Part shown: positions 40,007 through 48,407 of the stretch, piece by piece
How positions within the stretch are numbered: position 1 is the first letter of the stretch
Layout: each line of letters starts with the position of its first letter
NCBI GenBank assembly: GCA_023657465.1
Contig: JAGTJX010000001.1
Coordinates: 460,358 to 524,357 of the forward strand
DNA length: 64,000 nucleotides
Direction: 5' to 3'
From: Lysobacteraceae bacterium
Lineage (GTDB): Bacteria; Bdellovibrionota; UBA1018; JAGTJX01
Notes under the pieces: model-generated
The model's input: only the letters and a program-made list of their open reading frames with translations
The model's database searches: none
Told to the model about the DNA's origin: nothing
Position numbers and translations under genes: made by a program

Positions 40007-41298
40007 AGTCATTTTTACTATCCTCACTCGCAACTCTAAGTTTTATTTCTAGTGCATTTGCAGAAGTCTGTTTTGAAAATCTCAGTGCCAAATTAGAAAC
40101 TGAAAATATCGAAATCAATGATTCTGCAGGTGCTTGGTGCATTCAAAATTCTACAAACGGAAGACATGTTGATAAACACGAGAGCGGCTTCCCAAAAGTA
40201 GAATACGAATACAAAAAAAGCCTTCCTCATGGGGATTGGGTCTTCTATTACCGAAACGGTAAGAAACGTAGAGAGGTCAGCTTTCTTAAAGGTAAACTGA
40301 CGGGTACCTCCCAATTTTATAACGAGAAAGAAGAGTTAATTTTTCAAGTAGATTTTAATGATAATAAAAGGGCGGGAAACTTTAAGCAATTTTATCCAAA
40401 TGGAAAAACAGCTATTAAAGGTTACTTTTCAAACAATAATAAAACTTCCAGGTGGCAATACTTTGATGAGGCAGGTGTACTTTTAAAAGACATCGAATAT
40501 ATCGAAGGAATTAAAAACGGTTGGAGTTCAGAATGGTATGGTGCCGAGAGACCGAAGTCATTAGGTCGATATTTTAATAACGTTCAAGAAGGGCGTTGGT
40601 TCTATTGGACTATGCAGAACGAGTTCAAAGAAGCCGTCACTTATTCCAAGGGACTTCTTCATGGGCCCTATCAGAATTTTTATGAAGGTAAAAAACCAAA
40701 AGAAGAAGGCCAGTACTTCCTAGGTAAAAAAGAAGGCGAATGGATCTCATTCACTGAAGAAGGGAAAAAAAATCAGAGCAAAACTTATAAATCCGGACTC
40801 CTTCATGGGCCTTTCGAAGAGTGGTACAAAAACGGACAAAGAGCAGTTCTTGGTAACTATCGATTCAACTTTAAACAAGGGACTTGGGTTACCTGGCATA
40901 GTAACGGACAGAAGAAACATCAATGGAGTCATGAGGCAGGAATTCATGAGGGTAGAGATGTGTGGTGGTATGAATCAGGGCAGAAAAAGTCAGTCGCAGA
41001 TTATTTAGATAACAAGCTCAATGGTGAAGAAAGAAAATGGGATTTTTTCGGCAATCTTACTTCAGTCATTGAATACGAAGATGGTAAACCAGACGGAGTT
41101 TGGATTGGTTACCATTTCAACACGAAGCAAATTTCTGAGAAGGGATTTTTTAATCACGGTAAAGCTACAGGAAAGTGGGAATATTTTTACTCAAACGGGA
41201 AAAAAAAATCAGAAGGTTTCTATGATGCCGGTGTTCCTAAAGGGGAGTGGAAACACTGGGATGAAGCCGGTTATAGAATCGCTAATCGTAAGTCTTAG
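39991..41298 (+). CDS. MORN-variant (YwqK-type) repeat protein, secreted; start uncertain (TTG 39991 or ATG 39859)
   Basis: More than 12 tandem repeats of about 23 aa of the form GxxxxYYxNGxxxxEGxYxxGKxxGxWxxW; a signal-peptide-like segment precedes the repeats. Confidence 0.55.
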   Translation: MDCTLKSFLLSSLATLSFISSAFAEVCFENLSAKLETENIEINDSAGAWCIQNSTNGRHVDKHESGFPKVEYEYKKSLPHGDWVFYYRNGKKRREVSFLKGKLTGTSQFYNEKEELIFQVDFNDNKRAGNFKQFYPNGKTAIKGYFSNNNKTSRWQYFDEAGVLLKDIEYIEGIKNGWSSEWYGAERPKSLGRYFNNVQEGRWFYWTMQNEFKEAVTYSKGLLHGPYQNFYEGKKPKEEGQYFLGKKEGEWISFTEEGKKNQSKTYKSGLLHGPFEEWYKNGQRAVLGNYRFNFKQGTWVTWHSNGQKKHQWSHEAGIHEGRDVWWYESGQKKSVADYLDNKLNGEERKWDFFGNLTSVIEYEDGKPDGVWIGYHFNTKQISEKGFFNHGKATGKWEYFYSNGKKKSEGFYDAGVPKGEWKHWDEAGYRIANRKS

Positions 41299-41993
41299 AA
41301 CCAATAACTTAGATTGAGGCCTACATTTCCAAACAAGACAGGAATTCTTCCTTTGACTCCTGTCTCAGCAAGTTCGTATTGCATACGACCTGAATTAGCA
41401 GAAATACTTCCTCCTAAAGTCCAGGCTCCATCATTACTCAGTTGATAGAATATAGATGCTTCTGCGAAAACTACGACTGCAGAAAAAGAAATCGCGTTTA
41501 CACCGTCTGTAAAATTACCGTAATAGGCACCCACTCTTCCCATCTCTGTGAGTTTTGGTGAAATAAATTGCAAAAGTTTTCCATGGAAACCCACTGCTGG
41601 TCCGAAGAGTAACCCAGTGAATGCTGTCACCGCTGTTCTATTCCTACTGTTAATTTCAGCGTTAGGATCAGTTGAGACAGGCCAGTTTAAAGCATCGTCT
41701 AAGGCCGCTAAGTCCCTATCAGGAGTAATCGTTTCATAAGTACCCGTGAGGAATTTTACTTGAGCATCGAGAGTCACAATTTCAAACTGCTTTCCAATAA
41801 TTACACCTCCACCTAGTAAAGCACCTGGTTTAGGAGATGAGAAAGCGTCTAGTCTTGTATACCACGATCTTTTTTCAAGAATCATTTTTGGAATAGCAAT
41901 CGTTGTATAAGGAGCTTCGTTTACCCACTCCGTTGCGTGAGAGAATGTTGAGAAGAGTAGAGTGAGTAATAAACATTTATAGTTATTCATCAA
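41295..41993 (-). CDS. Hypothetical outer-membrane beta-barrel protein
   Basis: Signal peptide MMNNYKCLLLTLLFSTFSHA; amphipathic strands; C-terminal ...LSYWF. Confidence 0.45.
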   Translation of the reverse strand: MMNNYKCLLLTLLFSTFSHATEWVNEAPYTTIAIPKMILEKRSWYTRLDAFSSPKPGALLGGGVIIGKQFEIVTLDAQVKFLTGTYETITPDRDLAALDDALNWPVSTDPNAEINSRNRTAVTAFTGLLFGPAVGFHGKLLQFISPKLTEMGRVGAYYGNFTDGVNAISFSAVVVFAEASIFYQLSNDGAWTLGGSISANSGRMQYELAETGVKGRIPVLFGNVGLNLSYWF

Positions 41994-43420
41994 AAGAATT
42001 CTCCTGGCAAGTGATCGACTCCAATAAATTTAGCCAGTGCTAACTTTCTCTCTAAATGTGAAAGAATAGCGTCCTTGTAATTGAATTCAATAGATCGTGC
42101 TTGATTGATCGCATCTCTTAACTCCAGGCGATTTGCACCAGAACGAGAAAAGTTCGAGAACAAAGTCTCAAGAAGTTTAGACGCATTTTGAATAGATTCT
42201 TTGTTAATGCCGACAGCTTGCTCTTGCTGTTTGATCACGACAAAAAGCGATTGAATCCCGATTTCACTTTCCATCATGGTTTTTTGGAATGCTAGATCAG
42301 CGTTATCACGATTGATTCTTGCGGTTTCAATAGTACGTTTACCCAGGAATCCGCCTGGACCATATAGAGGAATGCTAAAATTCAGAGATGTGACAAAATC
42401 AATGTTTCCAGATCCACTAGCGGTATAAGTCTTTGTATCTCCCCAATAGCTATTACCATACCTCACACTGAGAGCGCTGAGACTAATTGTAGGGAGTGGT
42501 AGACGATCTTTTTCAGCTCGAGAAAGAATGAGCTCAAAGGTCTTCACTCCCACGCGCGCATCTCTCACTGTCGGTGAGTTTTCCATGAAGAGTTTATGTG
42601 CGTCGTCTGCTTCAAGTTGAAGTGGAGTATATTCTAGATCTGTTTTGAGAACATAGACGTTCGTGAGGGGCTCTCCCATGAGAAGGTTTAGGGCCCAGCG
42701 TTGTTGTTGTACACTTCTGTCGAGATCAATGAATTGGTTTTTTGCATTCAGGAAGTCAACTGTAGAAGAGTTCAGATCTGTGTTCTTTGTTTGACCTAGT
42801 TCTTCCTTGGATTGAACAAGCTCAAGGATCGCTTCAGAAATATCTACGGAACGTTTTGCAGCTTCGAGTTTGTCTTGCTCAGTTTTATTTTTGAAATACG
42901 AAAGAATCACATCGAATCTCAGTGATCGTTCTGCTTCGATGAGTTTCTGTTGTTCTCTTTCCCAGGTCAGTCTTGCAGCTTCGTAAAAGAGCTGGTCTCT
43001 GAAGAAATTAAAAATTGTGTAAGATCCCAGTTCAACACCAACGGATGTCGTGGGATATCCTTTTGAGAAAGTATAATTTGATTGTGTTTTTCCTTGGGCT
43101 TCTAATGCTGTTGGATCTTGTGCTTGACCTAGATTGTAAGCAGTTGATCCTGGCATTTGAGCGATTGAAAAATTTGAATCAAGTCGTGTTGTGAAGTTAA
43201 CTGCTGGCATGAACATGGTATCAAATGCATTATCGTAGGTGATTTGTTTTTGTCGGAGTGAATTTCTGGTTTGAAGTATATCCCAGTTGGATGACATCGC
43301 TTTTTTGATCGCCATCTCCAATGTCAAAACTTCACCGGATCTTGTCATCTGCTTGGCGGCAATCGAGTGGTCGTGAATAAAGAATGCAACTAGCATCAGA
43401 AAAAACTTGAACCCGTGCAC
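41990..43420 (-). CDS. TolC-like outer-membrane efflux protein; start probably GTG at 43420
   Basis: LTLEMAIKKAMSSNWDILQ matches the TolC-family N-terminal helix; two repeated halves with coiled-coil regions; the annotated ATG at 43606 gives an implausible N-terminus. Confidence 0.55.
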   Translation of the reverse strand: MHGFKFFLMLVAFFIHDHSIAAKQMTRSGEVLTLEMAIKKAMSSNWDILQTRNSLRQKQITYDNAFDTMFMPAVNFTTRLDSNFSIAQMPGSTAYNLGQAQDPTALEAQGKTQSNYTFSKGYPTTSVGVELGSYTIFNFFRDQLFYEAARLTWEREQQKLIEAERSLRFDVILSYFKNKTEQDKLEAAKRSVDISEAILELVQSKEELGQTKNTDLNSSTVDFLNAKNQFIDLDRSVQQQRWALNLLMGEPLTNVYVLKTDLEYTPLQLEADDAHKLFMENSPTVRDARVGVKTFELILSRAEKDRLPLPTISLSALSVRYGNSYWGDTKTYTASGSGNIDFVTSLNFSIPLYGPGGFLGKRTIETARINRDNADLAFQKTMMESEIGIQSLFVVIKQQEQAVGINKESIQNASKLLETLFSNFSRSGANRLELRDAINQARSIEFNYKDAILSHLERKLALAKFIGVDHLPGEFF

Positions 43421-43460
43421 AAATCCGCGTGTAATCAATATAAGGAAACGTGGACTTCCG

Positions 43461-43835
43461 ATGTTGATCCTCACTATTCTTTCCATTTTTATCCCGCTAG
43501 CAAAATCCGACGGAGACATGTGTTCTAAGTACGAGTCCTCCGTCAATAAGATAGCTAAGTATAGATCATACAAGGAAAAATTGATCGATGCTCGTGATAA
43601 AAACAAGCAATACCTCAGTACCCTAGAAGATCATCAAGTCACCGAACGCCGTAAGGCCATTGAGAATATCTCCATTGCAGAAATGAAGATCGAAGCAGCT
43701 GGCAATATGATATCTGCTAACGAGACGAAAGTGAACGCTGGAGACTTCAGTTCTTGTATTAACGCGGAGCGCGCACCCGCTTCAGCCGTAACAAAAGAAC
43801 GCACAGAGAACCCACAACCACAAACAACGAAATAA
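43461..43835 (+). CDS. Small secreted hypothetical protein
   Basis: RBS taaggaaacg, ATG 43461, signal peptide MLILTILSIFIPLAKSDG; predicted helical and Lys-rich. Confidence 0.35.
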   Translation: MLILTILSIFIPLAKSDGDMCSKYESSVNKIAKYRSYKEKLIDARDKNKQYLSTLEDHQVTERRKAIENISIAEMKIEAAGNMISANETKVNAGDFSSCINAERAPASAVTKERTENPQPQTTK

Positions 43836-44535
43836 ACTGACTGGTTGAGAGCCAGGGGTCAATGATGAAGCCCCTAATGAAGTCTCCTCTGAAAAGCTCT
43901 ACGATACTTCTGATCACTGGATAGATAATGAAGTAAGAGATCCCCACTTGGCCGTCGAATTTCTTATGTTTGAAAATCCAAAGTAACCCAAAAAGCAATA
44001 ATAAGAGGGAGCCTGCTTCGTAGAGTTGAACGGGATGCAGTGAGACTCCTCTCAGAGAGCGTTCCACTAATTCAGAGTGTAGGTGAATACCCCAAGGAAG
44101 ATCTGTAGGCTTTCCGTAACAGCAGCCCGCAGCTAAACATCCCAGTCTTCCAAATGCGTGATTCAGTACGAGTCCAGGTACGAGTACATCGGCGACTTTC
44201 CAGATGGGGAGCTTGCTCTTCCTCATTTGGAAAACAAAAACAGCTGTAGCGGTAATGAGTCCTCCGAAGAAGACGAGTCCGCCTTCCCAAACCCGGATGA
44301 TTTCAAGAGGGTGAGCAGCAAAATAATCAAATCGTGTGATGACAAATAAAAGTCGCGCTCCAATGAATCCAGAAATTAACATCCAGAAAACAATGTCCAT
44401 AACTGGGTCTACAGGGAGTTTAGATTTAATACTGAGTCTTCTAATGATCTCCAGTGCCGAGAGGAAGCCAATAGCAATGAGTAGTCCATAGCTATGGATA
44501 GGCACAGGACCCATATTAAAGAGTAGTGGATGCAT
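43759..44535 (-). CDS. lgt: Prolipoprotein diacylglyceryl transferase
   Basis: N-terminus MHPLLFNMGPVPIHSYGLLIAIGF, the G-rich GGLVFFGGLI segment, and the Lgt signature YGKPTDLPWGI. Confidence 0.9.
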   Translation of the reverse strand: MHPLLFNMGPVPIHSYGLLIAIGFLSALEIIRRLSIKSKLPVDPVMDIVFWMLISGFIGARLLFVITRFDYFAAHPLEIIRVWEGGLVFFGGLITATAVFVFQMRKSKLPIWKVADVLVPGLVLNHAFGRLGCLAAGCCYGKPTDLPWGIHLHSELVERSLRGVSLHPVQLYEAGSLLLLLFGLLWIFKHKKFDGQVGISYFIIYPVIRSIVELFRGDFIRGFIIDPWLSTSQFISLFVVVGSLCVLLLRLKRVRAPR

Positions 44536-45013
44536 CTTTTTTATTCTCGAACATCGCAAGTGCTAACATCGATGCACCGATAGAGATTGCAGAGTCCGCG
44601 ACATTAAAGGCGGGGAAGAAATATTCGTGATTCCAGCTGAAGTACAGAAAGTCTACGACGTAGCCATACACGATGCGATCAATGAGGTTACCTATAGCAC
44701 CGCTGAGAATGAGTGCGAGAGCAAGGGCTGACCACTTGCTTGTATCAGGGAGTGTTTTTAAGAAGTAGAAAATCATTCCAAGGGCAACGATAGGAATGAT
44801 GATGAAAAAAGGAATTCGAATTATCGGATCCGCGTTGGCCAGCATTCCAAAAGCTGCTCCAGTATTGTGAATTCTAGTAATATCAAAATAATTATTAATT
44901 ACCGGGAGCATTTCATGAAGAGTGAATTTATCAACGATGAGCATCTTCGTGATTTGATCCAAAACGATAATGAGTGGCAATGTCCAAGCGAGGATTTTGT
45001 ATTTGAGTTTCAT
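44516..45013 (-). CDS. lspA: Lipoprotein signal peptidase II
   Basis: NTGAAFG motif, catalytic Asp regions (FNVAD), 4 TM helices. Confidence 0.9.
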   Translation of the reverse strand: MKLKYKILAWTLPLIIVLDQITKMLIVDKFTLHEMLPVINNYFDITRIHNTGAAFGMLANADPIIRIPFFIIIPIVALGMIFYFLKTLPDTSKWSALALALILSGAIGNLIDRIVYGYVVDFLYFSWNHEYFFPAFNVADSAISIGASMLALAMFENKKDASTTL

Positions 45014-45301
45014 TTATTTAGTCCTAAAAGAAAAAATGATATCACACGGCTTAGAAAATCCGACTGATTTCTCATAATCTGATTTTATATTTGGATCTAA
45101 GATCCAGAGTTCTTCTCCTTCAACAGTAGGAACTTTGATCGCAATATAATCCGACTGAGATTGAAGAGTTTTTTTCTGAGACAGTGAGCCTGCAATGATC
45201 ACTGAAGTTTTTGCTATGAGATGAGTTTCAATTATTTTTTTTAATTCAGGTAGATTTTCAACTTCGTCTTCAGGCAACTCAATTCTTGAATAAGAAGGCA
45301 T
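45014..45301 (-). CDS. Hypothetical 95-aa protein translationally coupled to the upstream nucleotidyltransferase gene
   Basis: TAATG stop/start overlap with the upstream nucleotidyltransferase (NTase) gene; no recognisable motif (no HEPN Rx4-6H). Confidence 0.4.
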   Translation of the reverse strand: MPSYSRIELPEDEVENLPELKKIIETHLIAKTSVIIAGSLSQKKTLQSQSDYIAIKVPTVEGEELWILDPNIKSDYEKSVGFSKPCDIIFSFRTK

Positions 45302-45876
45302 TACCAGCTAGAGCCCCAGAGAAGGATTCCCTTTTCGATTTTATCTGCAAGTTCAGAATCTTTTTTGCTCACTTCGCTGTATTCAGATGCCGTCATACAG
45401 TTTGCAGAAATCTGTTTACCGAGTGGATGGCTTTCAATCTGGCTTTTAATTTCATCACAGCGATCAGTGACGATGAAAAGATCGTAGTTGCTATCACTGG
45501 TAGATCTTCCAGTAGCCCTGCTTCCGTAGAGAACGCCTTTTGATGAAAGAGGTTGTGCAAGTTGTACGATCCCTTCGAGATCGCAGACCGCGCTGTATGT
45601 TTTTAATAATTTGATAGAGATGTGATCGTTATTCAAGCAGACCGCGCGTTTATTGTCGATGAACTGAACGATACCGACTTCTTCCATCTCAGCTAGAATT
45701 TTTACGAGACCTTCTGCTCCGCCCAGTCCTCTCACACCTTTTAGTTTTGAAGCGAGTACTCTGGGAGTGAACGAGGTTGTAGGCTCAGAAACCAAAAACT
45801 TTATAAGCTTTTGTTCTGGAGTGACAAAGAAAATAGAGTCCAACGTGGGCTTAGGTTTTCTTACTCTTGCGGCCAT
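45301..45876 (-). CDS. Winged-HTH + minimal nucleotidyltransferase (Pol-beta/MNT superfamily) fusion protein
   Basis: YGSRATGRSTSDSNYDLFIV matches the GSx(9-13)Dx(D/E) NTase motif; the N-terminal ~100 aa look like a wHTH domain. Confidence 0.6.
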   Translation of the reverse strand: MAARVRKPKPTLDSIFFVTPEQKLIKFLVSEPTTSFTPRVLASKLKGVRGLGGAEGLVKILAEMEEVGIVQFIDNKRAVCLNNDHISIKLLKTYSAVCDLEGIVQLAQPLSSKGVLYGSRATGRSTSDSNYDLFIVTDRCDEIKSQIESHPLGKQISANCMTASEYSEVSKKDSELADKIEKGILLWGSSW

Positions 45877-45881
45877 GAACC

Positions 45882-46751
45882 TTATTTATCAGGCTTTCCG
45901 ACGGATCGCCATGCAACAAATGAAATTCCAATCGCCATGAGTAACATTCCTGCCCATTGTGAAATAGCGAGGCGCTCGTCCAGGAGCACATAGCCCCAGA
46001 GCGACGAAAATGCCGCGCCAAGTAGTGAATATGTGCTGACTAATCCTGCTTTTGAGTATCGATAGCCCATCGTCATTCCGATTTGCCCTCCTGTTGCGAA
46101 GAGTCCCATGGCTAAGAACATCGCCCAGTCTTTAATGGATACCGGGTTATGGAAGTGTCCCCAGAGTAGAGGAAGAGAGAGGGCTGTTGCTGTTCCTGTG
46201 AAGTAGAGAACGATTCCATTCACACCCACAGTCTTAGTTGCGACTCTTACAGCGACAAACGCAAGAGAAGAGAACATCGCACCTAAGATTCCGATTCCTA
46301 CTGCGAGAGGGAGAAGTGAGGTTTGTGAGAGTTTTGGATCAAATAAAAAATACAATCCAACGAAGGTAAGAGTTACCCAAAGGTAAAGACTTTTCTCGTG
46401 ATGTTCTTTAAGCGCGACTGCAGAAACAAAAAAAACAAAAACCGGACTACACCAATTGAGCATCGCAGAAATGCTGAGTGGAAGGTGAATGAGCGCATAG
46501 AAGAAGCAAATGAGAGAGAGAAAACCTACAAATCCTCTGAAGAATAGTAACTTTTTACCCGGAGGATTAAGCGATTCGCCTCGAATCAGCATGATTCCAA
46601 AAACGAGTATAAAATTAACAAACGCTCTGAAGAATACGATCTGTTCGTGCTCATAATTCACAGCCAAGAATTTTACGAACAGTGACATGAGAGAAAAGCT
46701 AAACCCACTGAAGGTCATCCAGAGGAGTGATAAATAGGTTTGGTTGATCAC
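45882..46751 (-). CDS. DMT-superfamily (EamA-like) transporter
   Basis: 10 predicted TM helices in two EamA-like halves. Confidence 0.75.
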   Translation of the reverse strand: MINQTYLSLLWMTFSGFSFSLMSLFVKFLAVNYEHEQIVFFRAFVNFILVFGIMLIRGESLNPPGKKLLFFRGFVGFLSLICFFYALIHLPLSISAMLNWCSPVFVFFVSAVALKEHHEKSLYLWVTLTFVGLYFLFDPKLSQTSLLPLAVGIGILGAMFSSLAFVAVRVATKTVGVNGIVLYFTGTATALSLPLLWGHFHNPVSIKDWAMFLAMGLFATGGQIGMTMGYRYSKAGLVSTYSLLGAAFSSLWGYVLLDERLAISQWAGMLLMAIGISFVAWRSVGKPDK

Positions 46752-47437
46752 TTTTTATAGTTCCAAGACTCGAGAGTTTTGTCCTCTTCATATTGTGAAG
46801 CTACTTTTTTAAACTTCACTCCACGTTTTCCTTTGACTCTATTTTCGCATTCGCACCAAGTGATGTGCTTTTCTAATTTTCCATCGACTAAGCTCAGATA
46901 CCATGGGTTTTTAGACTTTTTTCCTCCGAGAGAAGGAGTGTAAGTGAGGTCGATTTTATATTTTTTAGCATCACCGGAATAGAGATCTGCTTCACCACCT
47001 TTTGAGAATGTGACTGCGATTTCGTCGCACCTTTCGTTTCCTGGAACACCTTCGTGGCCAGGGACAAGATTCCATGTGATTTTATTTTTTAGTGTTTGAA
47101 GGATTTCGTCAAGGCGCTTCCAGAGATCTTGGTTCTTCACGGGATCACCGCTCATGGTTTTCCAATCACGTTTTTTCCAGTTTGATAGATTTTTTTCAGC
47201 GCCACTTAAGACATAAGATGAATCTGAGTAGACGAGAATATCCTCTGCATGGTCAGATGGAATTTTTTCTAGTCCTGCAATGAGAGCGTAGAGCTCCATG
47301 CGATTATTGGTAGTGTGAGCCTCGCCACCACCGAGTTCAGTAACGGTAGATCCACTGCGGAGGATGCATCCCCAACCCCCTGGTCCAGGGTTGCCGGATG
47401 CAGCTCCATCAGTGAATACTATTATTTTATCCTTCAA
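46748..47437 (-). CDS. rnhA: Ribonuclease HI with a basic C-terminal extension of about 80 aa
   Basis: VFTDGAASGNPGPGGWG, TNNRMEL, ...PGHEGVPGNERCDEIA give the catalytic D-E-D-D core within the first ~150 aa; an extra Lys-rich tail contains WCECENR. Confidence 0.85.
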   Translation of the reverse strand: MKDKIIVFTDGAASGNPGPGGWGCILRSGSTVTELGGGEAHTTNNRMELYALIAGLEKIPSDHAEDILVYSDSSYVLSGAEKNLSNWKKRDWKTMSGDPVKNQDLWKRLDEILQTLKNKITWNLVPGHEGVPGNERCDEIAVTFSKGGEADLYSGDAKKYKIDLTYTPSLGGKKSKNPWYLSLVDGKLEKHITWCECENRVKGKRGVKFKKVASQYEEDKTLESWNYKK

Positions 47438-47438
47438 A

Positions 47439-48008
47439 TTAGATGAAGTAGTGGACGCTGAATCCAGCTAATGTGCTGAAAGGTGCAATCGAGAAAGCAA
47501 ATGCAGGCAGTACAGTGATTACAGGTCCTGCATCGAATGAGACTTGAATCTTATTCGCTACAAGTTCGTGATGAATCCCGAGAACTCCGCTGAGCAATAA
47601 AGTGAATGAAGTGCCACCAGCAGCTACTGTGAAACCACCTATTGTTGTTGCAGCTGAAGAAGCAACGCCAAAGCCAAGTCCTCCACCAAGATGAAAACCG
47701 GTATCAGAATTCCCAACAACAGTAGCTTTATATAAGCCGCTTCCAATAATACTGAATCCACCGGAAGTGCCTAATACTAATGTAGTTTGAATGCTGTTTT
47801 GACCTACTGGGATAAGAGCGCTGAGTCCACCTGAACCACCAAAAGAACTAAAAGTTGTTAATCCTAGTGCAAACGAATGCCCACCTGACTGTGGAGCTGA
47901 TCTAGTATAAGTAGCTGTATCTATTGTTCTTGAAGATCCAGTGGATTTTGCAAAAGCAGGAGTCGAAATAAGAGTTAATGCTAAAAAGAGAGTATTTAGG
48001 TTTTTCAT
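47439..48008 (-). CDS. Gly/Ser/Thr-rich secreted protein (hypothetical; possible beta-barrel or fibrous protein)
   Basis: Signal peptide MKNLNTLFLALTLISTPAFA; GGxG-rich low-complexity body; ends ...VHYFI; 1-nt gap to rnhA. Confidence 0.4.
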   Translation of the reverse strand: MKNLNTLFLALTLISTPAFAKSTGSSRTIDTATYTRSAPQSGGHSFALGLTTFSSFGGSGGLSALIPVGQNSIQTTLVLGTSGGFSIIGSGLYKATVVGNSDTGFHLGGGLGFGVASSAATTIGGFTVAAGGTSFTLLLSGVLGIHHELVANKIQVSFDAGPVITVLPAFAFSIAPFSTLAGFSVHYFI

Positions 48009-48088
48009 AGGAGCCTAAGCTCGGCTATGCGGGCCTGTAATTCAAGACAAAATTTTTTAACAAAATCATAAACGCAGAGCACTGTACG

Positions 48089-48117
48089 TTGACATTTTGT
48101 GCCAGAACCGGATACTA
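48089..48117 (+). promoter_or_regulatory. Candidate sigma70-type promoter for the tRNA cluster
   Basis: TTGACA (48089-48094), then a 16-17 nt spacer, then GATACT/ATACTA; about 22 nt upstream of the first tRNA. Confidence 0.35.
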
Positions 48118-48138
48118 GCTACATTCCAAATCAAAGGT

Positions 48139-48214
48139 GCTGGAGTAGCTCAGTTGGTAGAGCAGCTGATTTGTAATCAGCAGGTCGCAGGTTCGATCCC
48201 TGTCTCCAGCTCCA
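48139..48214 (+). tRNA. thrU: tRNA-Thr (anticodon TGT)
   Basis: Cloverleaf folded by hand: acceptor GCTGGAG/CTCCAGC, D-arm TAGCTCAGTTGGTAGAGC, anticodon stem GCTGA/TCAGC with loop TTTGTAA, T-loop TTCGATC, 3' CCA. Confidence 0.85.
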
Positions 48215-48228
48215 TTTGATTTGTGTGT

Positions 48229-48314
48229 GGTGAGATTCCGGAGCGGTCAAACGGGCCAGACTGTAAATCTGGTGGCTCACGCCTTCGAAGGTTCAAATCC
48301 TTCTCTCACCACCA
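48229..48314 (+). tRNA. tyrU: tRNA-Tyr (anticodon GTA), long variable arm
   Basis: Acceptor GGTGAGA/TCTCACC, anticodon stem CCAGA/TCTGG with loop CTGTAAA, long variable arm, T-loop TTCAAAT, CCA. Confidence 0.85.
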
Positions 48315-48407
48315 TTTTTTATTATAAAATGAGTGGCGCTGCGCTGATCTTTAGCAAAAATTTATGCCCCTATTCATCTCAGGTAAGACGAGTGAAAGCG
48401 GGTTGTT

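Noticed and set aside
45014-45301. Looked for a HEPN Rx4-6H motif in the 95-aa partner of the nucleotidyltransferase, to call a HepT/MNT pair.
   Set aside because: No such motif is present, so the canonical HEPN/MNT annotation was not assigned.
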